Below, piece by piece: positions 52,301-64,000 of a stretch of 64,000 nucleotides of DNA. The number at the start of each line of letters is the position of its first letter. Position 1 is the first letter of the stretch. The DNA comes from Tubulanus polymorphus (lineage: Eukaryota; Animalia; Nemertea). Both the position numbers and the translations under genes were made by a program. Below the pieces are notes generated by a model, which was given only the letters and a program-made list of their open reading frames with translations, ran no database searches and was not told where the DNA came from. The DNA is taken from positions 3,038,001 through 3,102,000 of the forward strand of contig NC_134028.1 of NCBI RefSeq assembly GCF_964204645.1. Direction: 5' to 3'.

Positions 52301-54505
52301 CAATTGTCGTCAATAAATCATGTAAATTTTGACTATATTCATCAAATGTATCAGATTTAGCCTGCAAGAAATATTGTATGCCAAACAGATGAGCAACACT
52401 TTGATGATGATAGGCCCTGTTGGAGAAGATGAGCAATCTTTTAGATTAAGTAAATAACAAACCTTGACCGTTTCAATCTGTGATATAAGCACTTCAATAA
52501 TCTCAATAATAATGTCCCACGTTGTAACCTGTAATTCTTTTCCATACTTTTTCACGAGACGTCCGAGAGACAAGACAACTTCATACGAGACGACCGGATG
52601 ATTACACTGACTAACTGCCTGTAATTATCAATGAAGATATGTTTGAGAATAAACTATAAAAAGAGTTTATGTAGGAAAACTAGTTTTATCAGTTCATACA
52701 AGTATAGTCAGTTATAATGATGATTGGTAGATACCTGTAATACGGATGGAAGAACCGACGCCATTGTATGTTTCAGAGTAGAAACTCTTCTGGAGCCCCA
52801 CATTGCCATTCCGATGAAGAATATAGCTCCACGCAGCAGGTGGAAATCGGACATGTTATGGTTGTCTTTCAGTAATGAACACATGACATAAATACCACTG
52901 TGCCCGAGATGAGTTCCTAGCAGATTCCTCATCAACTACTCGAGTGAATTAAGAAAATAAATGAAAGCGTGGGATTCGTTTTCCGTAATATAACATTTGA
53001 GAAACTTTGTAAATTCAATTTCACGATACCTTCCAACTGACTTGACAAAACTTTTCGATGTTTACAAGTCGACACAAAGTTGTAACGAATGCGTACAGAG
53101 CTTGTGACGGTAGAACGCTGTAACAAATTACAGCATCGAACACGTTCAAACACGTCTGAAACAAAAACAAACTGAAACTACAGAAGGAAACTAAAAAACT
53201 ATCAATTTATTTCTAAACCTGATGTGAAAATTACCTGTAAATCTTCCTCAGATCTGGTTTTGTTTGAAATTTGGCAAACATAACTGAAAATAGATTAGAA
53301 TACGGTAATCGTAATCGGCTCACAAGAATTAGCACGCTTATTGTTACTGGGGATATTCCCTACATACTGAATGAATCCAGCAATGATGTCATGATCCATG
53401 TATGCTGCATTGTACTTTAATATGTTCATCAATAACATCAAAAACTCAGCAACGTTGCCACTATTGAAAACATCAGGAAACCACTGTAACAGAAACGGCC
53501 CTGAAAAACCGAATGATTATGGTATTCTATTCAAAGATGAGATACGCGAAAAAATTGTTTACAATGTTTAAAAGTCTATATGGCACTAACCTGTATCTTC
53601 TTCGAAATACGTCAGATCTTTGCCATCTTTGGTCAAAGTCTTGAATAATTCAAGCCTAAAATAACGTATTAAGAATTTAGACTGTTAATCGGGATTTCTT
53701 TAAGTTGGCAGTTAGAGCTTCATAATTAACTGATTGTTTACCGTCTTTGACAATCTTCCAGCAATGCGTGGCCTTTGACAACGCGAAAAAAGTGCGCCCT
53801 CAAAATCCCGAGCTTTTCATACTAGAAAACAAAAGCACATTTCATCCATATCCGTATGAAAGGCCATTAGCAATTCCATTAATTAACTGATTGTTGCAGT
53901 ACCTGTCCACGAATGAGGTGTTCAAGGAATTTCAGCGCCAAGTGTCTATTTTCAGTAGTAACATTTGGTTCTAATAAATCATGCATTGCCAGCCAAACAC
54001 TCTCTACAGCGTTCTGCAATCATATGAAATCATATCTACGATTCAAACTGATTCATTCATTTTGTTTGTATTGAAAATCTTGTCTTGAGTTCGATTTTGT
54101 TTATTTCGCAGGCCTATATAGTGGGTTTTAATCTCTTAATCTATTCTCCACGTCACAGTGTATGCACTATTCGACTATCTTGTGTTCAACTTCACTTTCA
54201 AATTTTATCACCTCTTCTAATCTTTTCATAGCAACGATTTCACATAATTCTCGCAGGACTTTCACACGAATGTGAGCAGGACTTTCAGTACTTATCTCCT
54301 GAAATCAAGGTCATCAACATCAGAATCAGCCGAAAGAATTAAGATTAATGATGACAGACAACTGGTAGGTTACCTTCAGTAATTCAGGCGTGAATACTAT
54401 TTCTTTTGTCAGTGGTTTTACATTTACAGTAGGCACAGATGTCGGTTTATTGATTCGAAATATTTGCTTCAGACGTTCTTTGAAAGTGTCTTCTTGTCTC
54501 GCCAT
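43363..54505 (-). CDS. TSC2: Tuberin (Rheb GAP)
   Basis: ATG at 54505 ([16 protein letters not shown]). Motifs [49 protein letters not shown]. Rap-GAP domain [13 protein letters not shown]...YHVATLMP...[11 protein letters not shown]-terminus EDFTDYV*. More than 30 GT-AG exons; first coding exon 54374-54505, last 43363-43551. Confidence 0.97.
51292..51520. mobile_element. Dispersed repeat family B, copy 2 (inverted), in a TSC2 intron
   Basis: Reverse complement of 14314-14605; ends GTGGCCAACCTG. Confidence 0.75.
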
Positions 54506-55071
54506 GGTGTGATGTTATATACAGAGATCCTACAAACAAACATAAATAAACATAACATCAATTTGATTTTTCTGTGCTGCACAGATTAAACACGATGTAG
54601 GGTCCAAAATATCAACATTTTTTCATATTCATTTTCAGGAGAGGGTACAAAAAGTGCAATAGTCATGACAGATGATAGATAGAGCTGTTGTTGTTTTAGA
54701 CTATCCAGAAATCTAAAAATGACCTGATGACATCCAAGCTTATCTTGCCTGCACTGCCTCCCTAGGGCCTTACTTGTCTTTTAGTAAACTTGGATAACTA
54801 GTAGGCCTAGTGACGCATAGGGCCAAGGCTTGAGTGGGACTGAGAGAGAGGAGTGAGAGAGAGCCCACAAAATCAGAAAAAAAGCTGGAATAATTGGTTA
54901 AAACAATTTCATGGATTAAGTTGGCTGCAAATCGAAAAGGTGTGGGTAATTTTGCACATCATATATAATCACTGAGATTTATTAAGAATGGATTTGTGTT
55001 TTTATTACCGTCAAAATGGAAGAATAATTTTTAGAATATTTTGACAGAATCGAGAAACACTTCCTCATTCA

Positions 55072-55081
55072 CCGCCATTTT
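55072..55081. promoter_or_regulatory. YY1-like motif near the putative non-coding first exon of TSC2
   Basis: CCGCCATTTT, with a minus-strand donor-like site (GACG|GTAATA) at ~55008. Confidence 0.35.
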
Positions 55082-55667
55082 GAACGATCACATGACACCA
55101 TTTTGTACTAATTCGCAGAAATTCCACTAGGTGCCTGTACGTGCAGACAGAATTCATACTGCGGCATGCGAGGGAGGGCAGCACTTGACGGTTAAAATCT
55201 GACAGCTCGCTTTTCCTACTGTGGCATGGGAGTAAATTCAAATTTTCATACCATATTGAATACATCTCCCACCAATACAAAAGCTTTATTCTAGATACAT
55301 TTATATAAAACACAAGTTTAACGATCCAATTTTAACGAGAACTCAAAGCCGCATAGTAATACCTAGGAAGAATTTGTTAAAATGATATTTCCTAGCAATC
55401 CATGATGTCATTCACTGTGACAGATCCGACATAATAAAGACAATCAATACTCTGCCAGGCCAAATTTATTCTTGTAATTCAATAAAATACAAATATCTTG
55501 CTTTTAGCAATCGGCTTCAGAAAAGCCATAAGTATTATCAACTTAATTGTCGATCGAAATTTCACTTTCTCACCAACACAGTCGGTCGCACCCGTGCGGC
55601 CGAGCTTATACCAATCTAAGTCACCTAGCTATAATTGAGATACATCAGTTCATTGCTAAACAGTGAT

Positions 55668-57197
55668 CTAGTTTGGTCTGGGAGATGGTAAGAAAACGTT
55701 TGTCGATCCCCACGAATATTCTTTTGAATCACTTGGATCTTCATGGCCAACTCTGTAAACTCTGAGACGTCTACAATTGGAGCTATCCACCGTCGCCAGA
55801 ACCAATGTATCCAGATTAGTCAGAGCGCATGCTTTGATTCGCTCGTCTAGTTTCAGTAAAGGTATCGCCGGCAAAAGACCTCGTTGCGTTATCGGTACAG
55901 TCCACACAGTCGACTGCCAACCGATCACTGAGCGTTCATCTTTTGAACCCATCAACAAGACACACGAATCGTCAGGGCAGACGACACCCTTCAGTGTTAC
56001 CAATACGCTAAAAGTCAACTTATCACGAATTGTCTTCCATCCATCGGATTCTTTTACTCTACGGAACATGTACAAATTATTCTTATCGGTAACCCCGAAA
56101 ATATGCCCCTGGTTATTCGCAGAAATCGCAGTAACATGACCACCGACGTTAAACGATTCTTTGTCCTTAGTATCAATAATATGAGCCTTGTCGTTATCGG
56201 GGGAATTAACCGAATTGACTGGAATCAATGCGTAGCTGTCAATGAATTTTTCTCCACCGATATAGATACGGTTTCCTTTGATGAATACCTCGTACACGCC
56301 CAAAGTGAACGGACTTTTGTCAACGGCAGAACATTCGTAACTCATACCGGAGATTCGATACCGACGTAGATCGGAACCTGTTGCGATGTAAAGGCAGCCG
56401 AAATTATCGCATGCCACGCCCCAGCAGTACCATTCCATTCGTATCTGGCTTTTTCGCGCCAGTTGAGAATCGTACAGGAAAATATCTTCGCCGTTGTAGT
56501 TAGCCGTCACCAATCCACCTTCAGGCGTTGACGTCATATGGCAAATATAATGGTCCACGGTGGCTTCGTTGATTTGCTGAAGACCCAGTGGACCTTTCGG
56601 AGTTGGTGCTGTAACGTGTACGGCTTGGCTGGTGAAAACTTCATAATCAGCGTGTGTAATCAGGCGAGGAGATGGTGTTACTGGAATCGGCGTTGTTGGT
56701 GCCGGCATCACCGGTCGAGGGCTCAGTGGTACGGCGGGAGTGATGATATTCAACCGACCAAGCATCGCATCCACCGTCTCGTAACCACCTTTCGTCAAAC
56801 TACCGTCAAGATTTATAGGAATTCGCTTGAAATCGTTGACAATCGAATCCACATCGCACACATCGATCAACTGATTAGAGACACCGCTGCCTGGTCTCGG
56901 AGTTACACTTATTATTCCTTCTATGCAATTCAGTTTTAGCAAATCTGATTCCAGCGTACGTCTGGCCTCCATCGCTTTTTCGACGATCTTCGAACGTGAT
57001 TCAATAACGTCTCGGATTATTTTCTTCTCGTAGTTCCTCACCATATCTTGTATTTCAGCCACGCGTGACGTAGCGGAACTCTCCGTCGAATCTAACGCCG
57101 TCTGTTTTTCTCGCAAAGCGACATCGATTTGTCGAATTCCATCTTTCAATTTACCTTTTTCAGTTGCAATTTGTGAGCTTAGATCATAACTAGCCAT
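55668..57197 (-). CDS. Intronless 509-aa coiled-coil + Pro-rich linker + NHL-like beta-propeller protein (TRIM-NHL-like without RING/B-box)
   Basis: Long ORF with AAAATGG start context and an in-frame stop 15 nt upstream. Heptad-rich N-terminus; blades such as ICHMTSTPEGGLVTAN, CWGVACDNFGCLYIA and VTAISANNQGHIFGV. Minus-strand AATAAA at 55470-55465. Family assignment is by pattern only. Confidence 0.75.
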   Translation of the reverse strand: MASYDLSSQIATEKGKLKDGIRQIDVALREKQTALDSTESSATSRVAEIQDMVRNYEKKIIRDVIESRSKIVEKAMEARRTLESDLLKLNCIEGIISVTPRPGSGVSNQLIDVCDVDSIVNDFKRIPINLDGSLTKGGYETVDAMLGRLNIITPAVPLSPRPVMPAPTTPIPVTPSPRLITHADYEVFTSQAVHVTAPTPKGPLGLQQINEATVDHYICHMTSTPEGGLVTANYNGEDIFLYDSQLARKSQIRMEWYCWGVACDNFGCLYIATGSDLRRYRISGMSYECSAVDKSPFTLGVYEVFIKGNRIYIGGEKFIDSYALIPVNSVNSPDNDKAHIIDTKDKESFNVGGHVTAISANNQGHIFGVTDKNNLYMFRRVKESDGWKTIRDKLTFSVLVTLKGVVCPDDSCVLLMGSKDERSVIGWQSTVWTVPITQRGLLPAIPLLKLDERIKACALTNLDTLVLATVDSSNCRRLRVYRVGHEDPSDSKEYSWGSTNVFLPSPRPN

Positions 57198-58746
57198 TTT
57201 GGTTGAGAATATTCAGTTTAAAGTATCTTTTATTCAACGTCAAGCGAAACCTACCCAATCTCGACAATGGGGTATCCTGTAGTCTGCCCTGTTCATATTT
57301 TGCAAATGAAGAACACGCCACTATTTCGTGCGTTTGTGTATTTTTTCCACGACGAAACAAAGCAATCCACAGTTTCTCGCTGAATAATTTGAATGACAGT
57401 CTCGTCTAATCTAAAATGAACAAGGGCCGTGAGAGTTTTTCCCATATTTGCCACTAGATACCGTGCGTCATTAGAAATCTATTTTGAAAAACCAATTAGT
57501 ACATGTTTATAGACAAGTAACGAAAGACGTTTACTTTAATGTGTTTACAACAGTAGAATTCCAATCATGATTACGATTAACATTGAAATGAACTTTTTCG
57601 CCGAGGAAATATCCACCGTAACATAACAGTTTTAATGTACTTGAAATTGAGCTTTTTAAATGAGAAAGATGCTCTTTGACTAAATGTATAAGGGCACTAG
57701 TCCTGTTTGGAGAGCTTTCAAAAGATTTTTCAGTAACCAGATGTACAAATCTGCATCGAATTATCGTTGAGTATATATTTCTTTTTCATGAACTTAATCA
57801 GTAAACCTGTTGGGGGATTAGATTTTCTTTATTCCTTCATAAGTTCTTCTTATTGCATTAGTCCGTTAAGAAATTAAGAGCCTCTCTCCATAATCTGGGC
57901 AAAATGGAAGACTAGTCTTTGGGACGAACCGTACCGCCTAGTATGGATAACCAGTTGATCTTGCGGATACTCTAACCACCCGATAAACTATATAGACTCC
58001 TTGATAGAGAAACGTAGTTCAGTTAAGTTTTTCATAGATTTATTAAATTTGAAAAACATGACATAAGAATAACACAACATATTCAGAGAAATAACAATAC
58101 ACGTAGAGACGTATTGCATATAAAAAAGACTAGAACCTAAAGCCCTAATGAAAATAGCACAAAAATAATAATCATTCAATAAATAACAAAACTACTCCCT
58201 TTAGTTGTATCAATTAATTTGCATATAATTTGCTAACAAGAAAATAAATTATAACATATTATCATTTTCTTTACATATTCCATTTTTGCAATAAGACATC
58301 ACAGCATATTATACTAGTATGTATAGGATTATATATCACTGTAATCAATAGTTCAATTACACATTGAATTGATGAAATGTATTATCAATTCATATCATAT
58401 GTACGATAAAGTCACCGCTTAAAGAAATGCTTATTCTATTTTAAAGCTAATATGATAACTAAACAAAATTGTCGTTAATTTTGATAGATTTCTCAAAATA
58501 TGAGGCTCAAAATCAGTGTTCAAAAGAATAGAATACCACCATAACTAGAGAACCGTTCCTAATTTATCCTATAAAGTTAAAGACATAAGCCGATTACAAA
58601 CCCACACCAGTGGTGGAGAAATGAAATCTTGGTGCGAAAACATATAAAGAATCTCTCATAGGATATTTCTACATTAATATACATGTATATCATATAAACT
58701 AGATATGTCGACGTTGTACCGGTTTGTTACTCGGTATTCATTACCA

Positions 58747-59221
58747 GTGAAACTAGAAGTCGATTCCACAGTCTACACTTTCGATTCTAAGGTATTCCTT
58801 AAGGATGGTCTCAAATTGTTAGGTTAACTTTGGTTAAAACTGTGAAACTAGAAGTCGATTCCACAGTCTACACTTTCGATTCTAAGGTATTCCTTAAGGA
58901 TGGTCTCAAATTGTTAGGTTCACTTTGGTTAAAATTGTGAAACTAGAAGTCGATTCCACAGTCTACACTTTCGATTCTAAGGTATTCCTTAAGGATGGTC
59001 TCAAATTGTTAGGTTCACTTTGGTTAAAACTGTGAAACTAGAAGTCGATTCCACAGTCTACACTTTCGATTCTAAGGTATTCCTTAAGGATGATCTCAAA
59101 TTGTTAGGCTAACTTTGGTTAAAACTGTGAAACTAGAAGTCGATTCCACAGTCTACACTTTCGATTCTAAGGTATTCCTTAAGGATGGTCTCAAATTGTT
59201 AGGTTAACTTTGGTTAAAACT
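58747..59221. repeat. 95-bp tandem repeat, 5 near-identical copies, MITE-derived
   Basis: Units start at 58747, 58842, 58937, 59032 and 59127. TTCCACAGTC in each unit is the perfect inverted repeat of GACTGTGGAA at 59246-59255. Confidence 0.95.
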
Positions 59222-59630
59222 ATGTTGTTATCATCTCATTAGTCTGACTGTGGAAGCAGTTACCAGGCTCCGGGTAAGGCAGAGACTACATCTGGTTATT
59301 ACAACAACTTTCATTTTCTATATGCTCATTTGAATCTATAGCTACAATTTACGGTATACATTTTTTGTTATATGACCCTGCATTAATAATGCATTAATGA
59401 TACTACATTATTACATATTTTGATTGACAGTACAATATCGACTTGGTTGGAATAGCACTGAAAATATGAATGATTTATCCTATTCTATGATCGGTAAGGT
59501 TCAGACTTGTAAAAATAATCTTTGCAAAATAAATCTTCAACTACAAAATTCTCTTCAATTCTCTAACATTGTAAATGCTTCTAATGATAATAAACAATCA
59601 CGTCTATTTGTTCATAAATACAGTTAGACT

Positions 59631-59710
59631 CAGTTCCACAGTTGTAAGATGAGTTTCATCCAAGAGGTCAGACGATCTTATTCGAATTTCAACTCACAAA
59701 TGTTGAACTG
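59631..59710. mobile_element. Short palindromic MITE (CAGTTCCACAGT-ended)
   Basis: CAGTTCCACAGTTGT / ACAAATGTTGAACTG, a 13/15 inverted match. Confidence 0.55.
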
Positions 59711-59853
59711 GCTCCTATACTTTACCTAACCCCATATATCATAGTCTAAAATATAAACTCTTCCAAGTATTTTCCCCTCAGATGATTACGCATTAATTCA
59801 GTTTGAATATTGAGCTTTTTCTAGATGTTCAGTCTCTCACAGATACCTCATCC

Positions 59854-62800
59854 TCAACTGATGTCTTCTGGCTCTTGATGTTTGGCAAACTCTAGGAATA
59901 CTTGTTCTAATGTTGACTGGCTGAAACTGTATTCTGTGATGTGGTGGGTATCTTTACCTGAAAATAGATTTATCAGGGCAATTTTAATTTCCGACTTAGC
60001 ACGACACGCATAACTTAAAATGATTCCTTTTCAATTGTCAAACATTTATAACTGCAGGACAGGGTGCCTTCATGTTCATTTGCCATATTTGGAGAGCTAT
60101 TTAAACAGTTATTTACCTGCTTCCATCGTAGCGAAAATACGAGCAAATGAATTGACGTTGTGTTTAGGAATCTTATACACGCTGTGATGTCCGAATGTCT
60201 CAAGACACGTGCAGTCTGGAAACAATTCCTTCACAAACTGTACAACGCTCTTCATTTGAGCTTCGTCGAGGTGCTCCACGACCTTGAATTCAAGGATGTA
60301 TCCTTGACCGAATTTGCTCTTCAAGTGCTGATTCGAACCGATACATCTGAAAAACATCACGAATAACACCACTTATAAAGAGTTCGAACACTGCGGAACC
60401 TCGTTACAACGAACTTCAGGGACCAGATAATATGTTCGTTTTAACTGATAGATCGTTATGTCCAGTACGAAATTATAAAACTCGTCCTATTTGGGTCGAG
60501 GTTGGACAAATCATTATAGGCCTATTGTCATTACAACGAGGTTCCGCTGTAAATTCTTATTATTTCAAATTCCGATTCAGTATAATCGTAGACTTACTGT
60601 AGACTGCCGTTAGTCATTATAGCTATCCGTGAACACAGTATGTCTGCCTCATCCATATTATGCGTAGTGAGAAGCGCTCCTCGTTCCTTCTCTGAGCAGT
60701 TTCTACTGATGTGATCCCTGAAACGCAACCGTCATTAAAATCATTCATCTCAAAAATCTTCGAGTACATTGATTGACTCGAACACGTTCAGCACCTACCA
60801 GAGAAATCGTTTGGCTTTTGGGTCTAGCCCGGCACTAGGCTCGTCTAACAATACAACTTTAGGGTTGCCAAGCATACTGATTGCATAACACAGCTGAAAT
60901 GTAAAACCTTTCATCCTCTAAATCACGGTTGCAGCCAGCATGCGATACAATGAACGGGCAACTTACCTTTCGTTTTGTACCTCCCGATAGTTTCTTTACA
61001 CTTTTTTTAGCGTATTCTTCAATTTTCAATTCATCTAGGAATCTGCCATTAAAATCATCGTAACAAGGATAACATTCGTAGATCTGTACGAGATGAACCA
61101 CGACAATTACCAACATATTACCATGGTAACTTACTCTTTTGTTGCGTTAGCGACTTCCGCTTTATTCAGTCCTTTTATCGCGGCGTAACATTCTAAATGT
61201 TCCTTCAATGTAATCTCCTCCCACAGAGGGTCGTGTTGAGGGCAAACTCCGGTGTTTTGGAATGCCTCTGACTGATTACTAGTGATGTCATAACCTCCGA
61301 GATAAACCTGCTCCAAATATACCAAATTTAAATAAGAACTCGCGCAGTTTACTTAAAAAGAATTCGATCAATTTCGCATTTTGAAATACTGAAATATACC
61401 TTTCCGTTTGAAGGAGTAATTTCTGAGATGATCATGTTGATTGTACTAGTTTTACCGGCACCGTTCGGACCGAGCAGTCCGAATATTTCACCTGATTCGA
61501 TTGCAAAACTAGAATTGTTCACCGCGACTTTCGTTTGGACGTCCGATTTATTGAAACACGACATTCCCTTGACTTCCTTGATAAATTCTCGCCTGAGGTT
61601 TTTCGCTACGACTGCTGGAGGCTGCGACGAGAGAATCGATTTTCATGAATGAGCGAAAGTTAGATAACTGAACCTCCTGTAATGTAATGATATAACACAC
61701 CTGGTCTGTATGTTTCATATCCAACTGTTCCACACGCCGTCTTTCAGCAGCAACATTAGCATCCTCATCAGGCGGAGCCACCTGGTGGGCTATTTCCATA
61801 GTTACAACTGGTTCGGTCGAACAAACATTTCCGTGAAGGTCGGCAGTCGCGCGTTTGTCCAGATAGTAGAGCAATACCACTAACCAAATAATATGAAAGA
61901 ATGGCTGTAAAGATAAGATATGAGGAAATAGTAATCATTAGTTATAAACACGATTGATTCTTAAAACAACACTTAGCTTACTGAAATGAGTGTAGGTGGG
62001 ATACCGCTTTCCCAGTTGAAGTAATCCCCAATGGGTATATCGGGAGACGAGCCGGCTTTTTGACGTCTGAGGAAGTACATCTGATCGATGTAATAAAGTC
62101 CGCCGTAAATCGTGTAGATCGGATCGACGAAACATAGAACATTGTGTATCACGAACGCTAACTCAGAGTCTCGAGCGTTGATCAGTGAAATCGACATGTA
62201 TGGAATGAAAGCAGCCTGAAAGTATGTGAAATTAAAATGATCTACAGGAACAGACAGTTTGAGTTGCTAAGATTTTAGATATACTTTTAGTAGCTCAGTG
62301 GGCTAAGGCATGCTGCTGTAGCATTCACTATCGGTGGGCAAACAGGTTCGAGTCCTGGAGACTGCCTACAAGTACGTCCCCACAGTGAGGTTTAATGAAT
62401 AATCCAATTAAGCAAAAATAAACAAATGAATATACGTACGAAGAAGTAAACAGTCGGGATAACTGATAACGCCGAGTCGAATGTCTTAAATGCGAATGAA
62501 AAAACGTACGACAACAATGTAACCATCGGCATATAAACCAGGTACAACGTAATCAACGAGACAACAGCTCCTAAATACATGATTGATGGCATCTGAAAGT
62601 GAATAATCGAGGTTTCATCAAAATGCATGAAATTTACGAATCATTCTCGTAAGCTTAAACACCGATGTTAACTTACATAAAACATGAGCATGACCATGAT
62701 GGATAAAATAGCACAGAATGAATATTGTACGATGTGAACGAAAAACATCGATCCCCAGTAGACTAGCATACGAATACCAGACACTCGCAACTGATTACGA

Positions 62801-63861
62801 GCCTTTAGCTGTAAAAACAATTATTGAAAACATTAATGTTCAGCTGTATACTATCGCAGTACTGACACCATTAGTATATATCAAAACAATACCTGTTTAT
62901 CCTTTACGATATCACCGGCAAAGTTAGCCGGTAACATAGACAGCGCGATGCCCAGAAACAACGTATGACTGTACATCGTCGGTGGTATAAGATTAGGATC
63001 GATCGCCGGCCACAGGAACATGCTAGTTTCGATGGTAACAGGCGCGAGAGTTTTGACGAAACCGTTTGATATCAAATTGAGTAGAACTGGTACCGAGTAA
63101 ACAGCCGTATCATTGTACAATAACGTTAGATTATGAACCACCTATAAATATTCCAAAAAATGCATTTCAATAGTTGTATAATCATTTACAAGACAGTTAT
63201 TTGGAGTCCTAAGTTGCATAATATTCACCTGATTGAAAGTGCCAATCTGTAAGCCGAGATGATGAGGTGCAATATCCAATAAGTTTGTGCTGGCATTTAT
63301 TTGCTCAAGATTTACACCTTGTTGCCGTATGTTATCAAGAAAGGTCCTCACTGCAGCAGAGTTATCTACAGAATGTTAAGCGCAGAGTTCTTTTAATATC
63401 GAATTGAATCCTACTTAAAATCGGCCCCACTTTAACAGGAGAAAACAACGTACCTTCGCTGGTATAAACCATTGATTGTGCAGTTGTGTACAGAATATGT
63501 TTGAACGGGATGACCTGAGGAACTTTTGGTTTAGGAATCACAACCCTAGTACCAATGACCAGACCTATTATAACGAATGCAACCGGAAATATCAGTCGCG
63601 ACCACAGTAGAGTCTTATTACGACTGGCTTGCTTGTAATGTATTCGACACAGTGCCCAGAAGCGTTGTTTCGGTACGCTGACCGGCTTCATATCCACGGC
63701 GCTGTCCATTTCTTGCACAATGTCGATCGCGCTCGGTCGGAAATCGATATGCGAGTTATGTAGTTGTAACAGTTCCATACGTTCAGCGGAACGCGACTTG
63801 GGTATGCAAACGTGATCAGGCATGTGTCCTTGAGCCATCAAATCAGGATTTTCATCATCCT
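59854..63861 (-). CDS. ABC transporter subfamily A, ABCA5-like; second TMD and NBD2, 5' part outside the window
   Basis: Walker [23 protein letters not shown], signature LSGGTKRK, Walker [10 protein letters not shown]-loop [30 protein letters not shown], and terminal [26 protein letters not shown] (TGA 59856-59854). Confidence 0.92.
60391..60549. mobile_element. Tc1/mariner (pogo/Tigger-type) MITE in an ABCA intron
   Basis: CTGCGGAACCTCGTT ... AACGAGGTTCCGCTG followed by TA, a 14/15 TIR match. Confidence 0.75.
62288..62366 (+). mobile_element. tRNA-derived SINE head or tRNA pseudogene, antisense in an ABCA intron
   Basis: A-box TAGCTCAGTGG (62291-62301), B-box GGTTCGAGTCC (62345-62355) and T-stem CAGG/CCTG; no intact acceptor stem. 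Confidence 0.55.
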
Positions 63862-64000
63862 CTGAAATGATTTGACATACAATTAGTTATAACCACTTAT
63901 TTCATAAAATATTACTTGCTTGTTTTCAATGTCTTGGTTACGTTGGTTTTAAAGGCAACTGATAAATCATACAGTTTACTTACCAAGTTTCAGGAAAACT

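Noticed and set aside
52936-53029. U12-type intron in TSC2 (donor GTATCG, TTCTTAAT near the acceptor)
   Set aside because: The donor GTATCGTG departs from the strict U12 consensus GTATCCTT; the evidence is insufficient.
58747-59221. CRISPR-like array
   Set aside because: Whole 95-bp units are near-identical; this is a plain tandem repeat.
62288-62366. Functional tRNA gene
   Set aside because: No 7-bp acceptor stem or canonical anticodon loop; treated as a SINE head or pseudogene.

Overview
Eukaryotic, AT-rich, gene-dense animal DNA with GT-AG introns, many only about 80 bp. It is most consistent with a compact invertebrate bilaterian genome; the species cannot be determined from the sequence. 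Eight protein-coding genes were found, in order: a BAHCC1/TNRC18 (winged eye)-like chromatin reader (+, 5' end outside the window), an intronless divergent SLC18-like MFS transporter (+), NDUFA6 (+), TELO2 (-), DNAL4 (+), TSC2 (-), an intronless coiled-coil/beta-propeller (RING-less TRIM-NHL-like) gene (-), and the 3' half of an ABCA5-like transporter (-). Introns and intergenic DNA carry many short non-autonomous DNA transposons (piggyBac-type, Tigger/pogo-type, palindromic, and CAGG-ended elements with 5-bp target duplications), three tandem arrays (17, 61 and 95 bp; two inside or derived from MITEs) and a tRNA-derived SINE head. There is no CRISPR array or prokaryotic system. I cannot demonstrate a wholly new biological system. 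The best leads are a strand-asymmetric ~95-nt RNA hairpin built from two inverted tRNA-like T-arm halves, candidate TSC2 cassette exons at the vertebrate alternative positions, a degenerate SLC18-like transporter with a possible nested arrangement, the RING-less TRIM-NHL-like gene, and linkage of genes whose human homologues map to the 7p/16p/17q/22q paralogon. All exon calls and alignments were made by eye.
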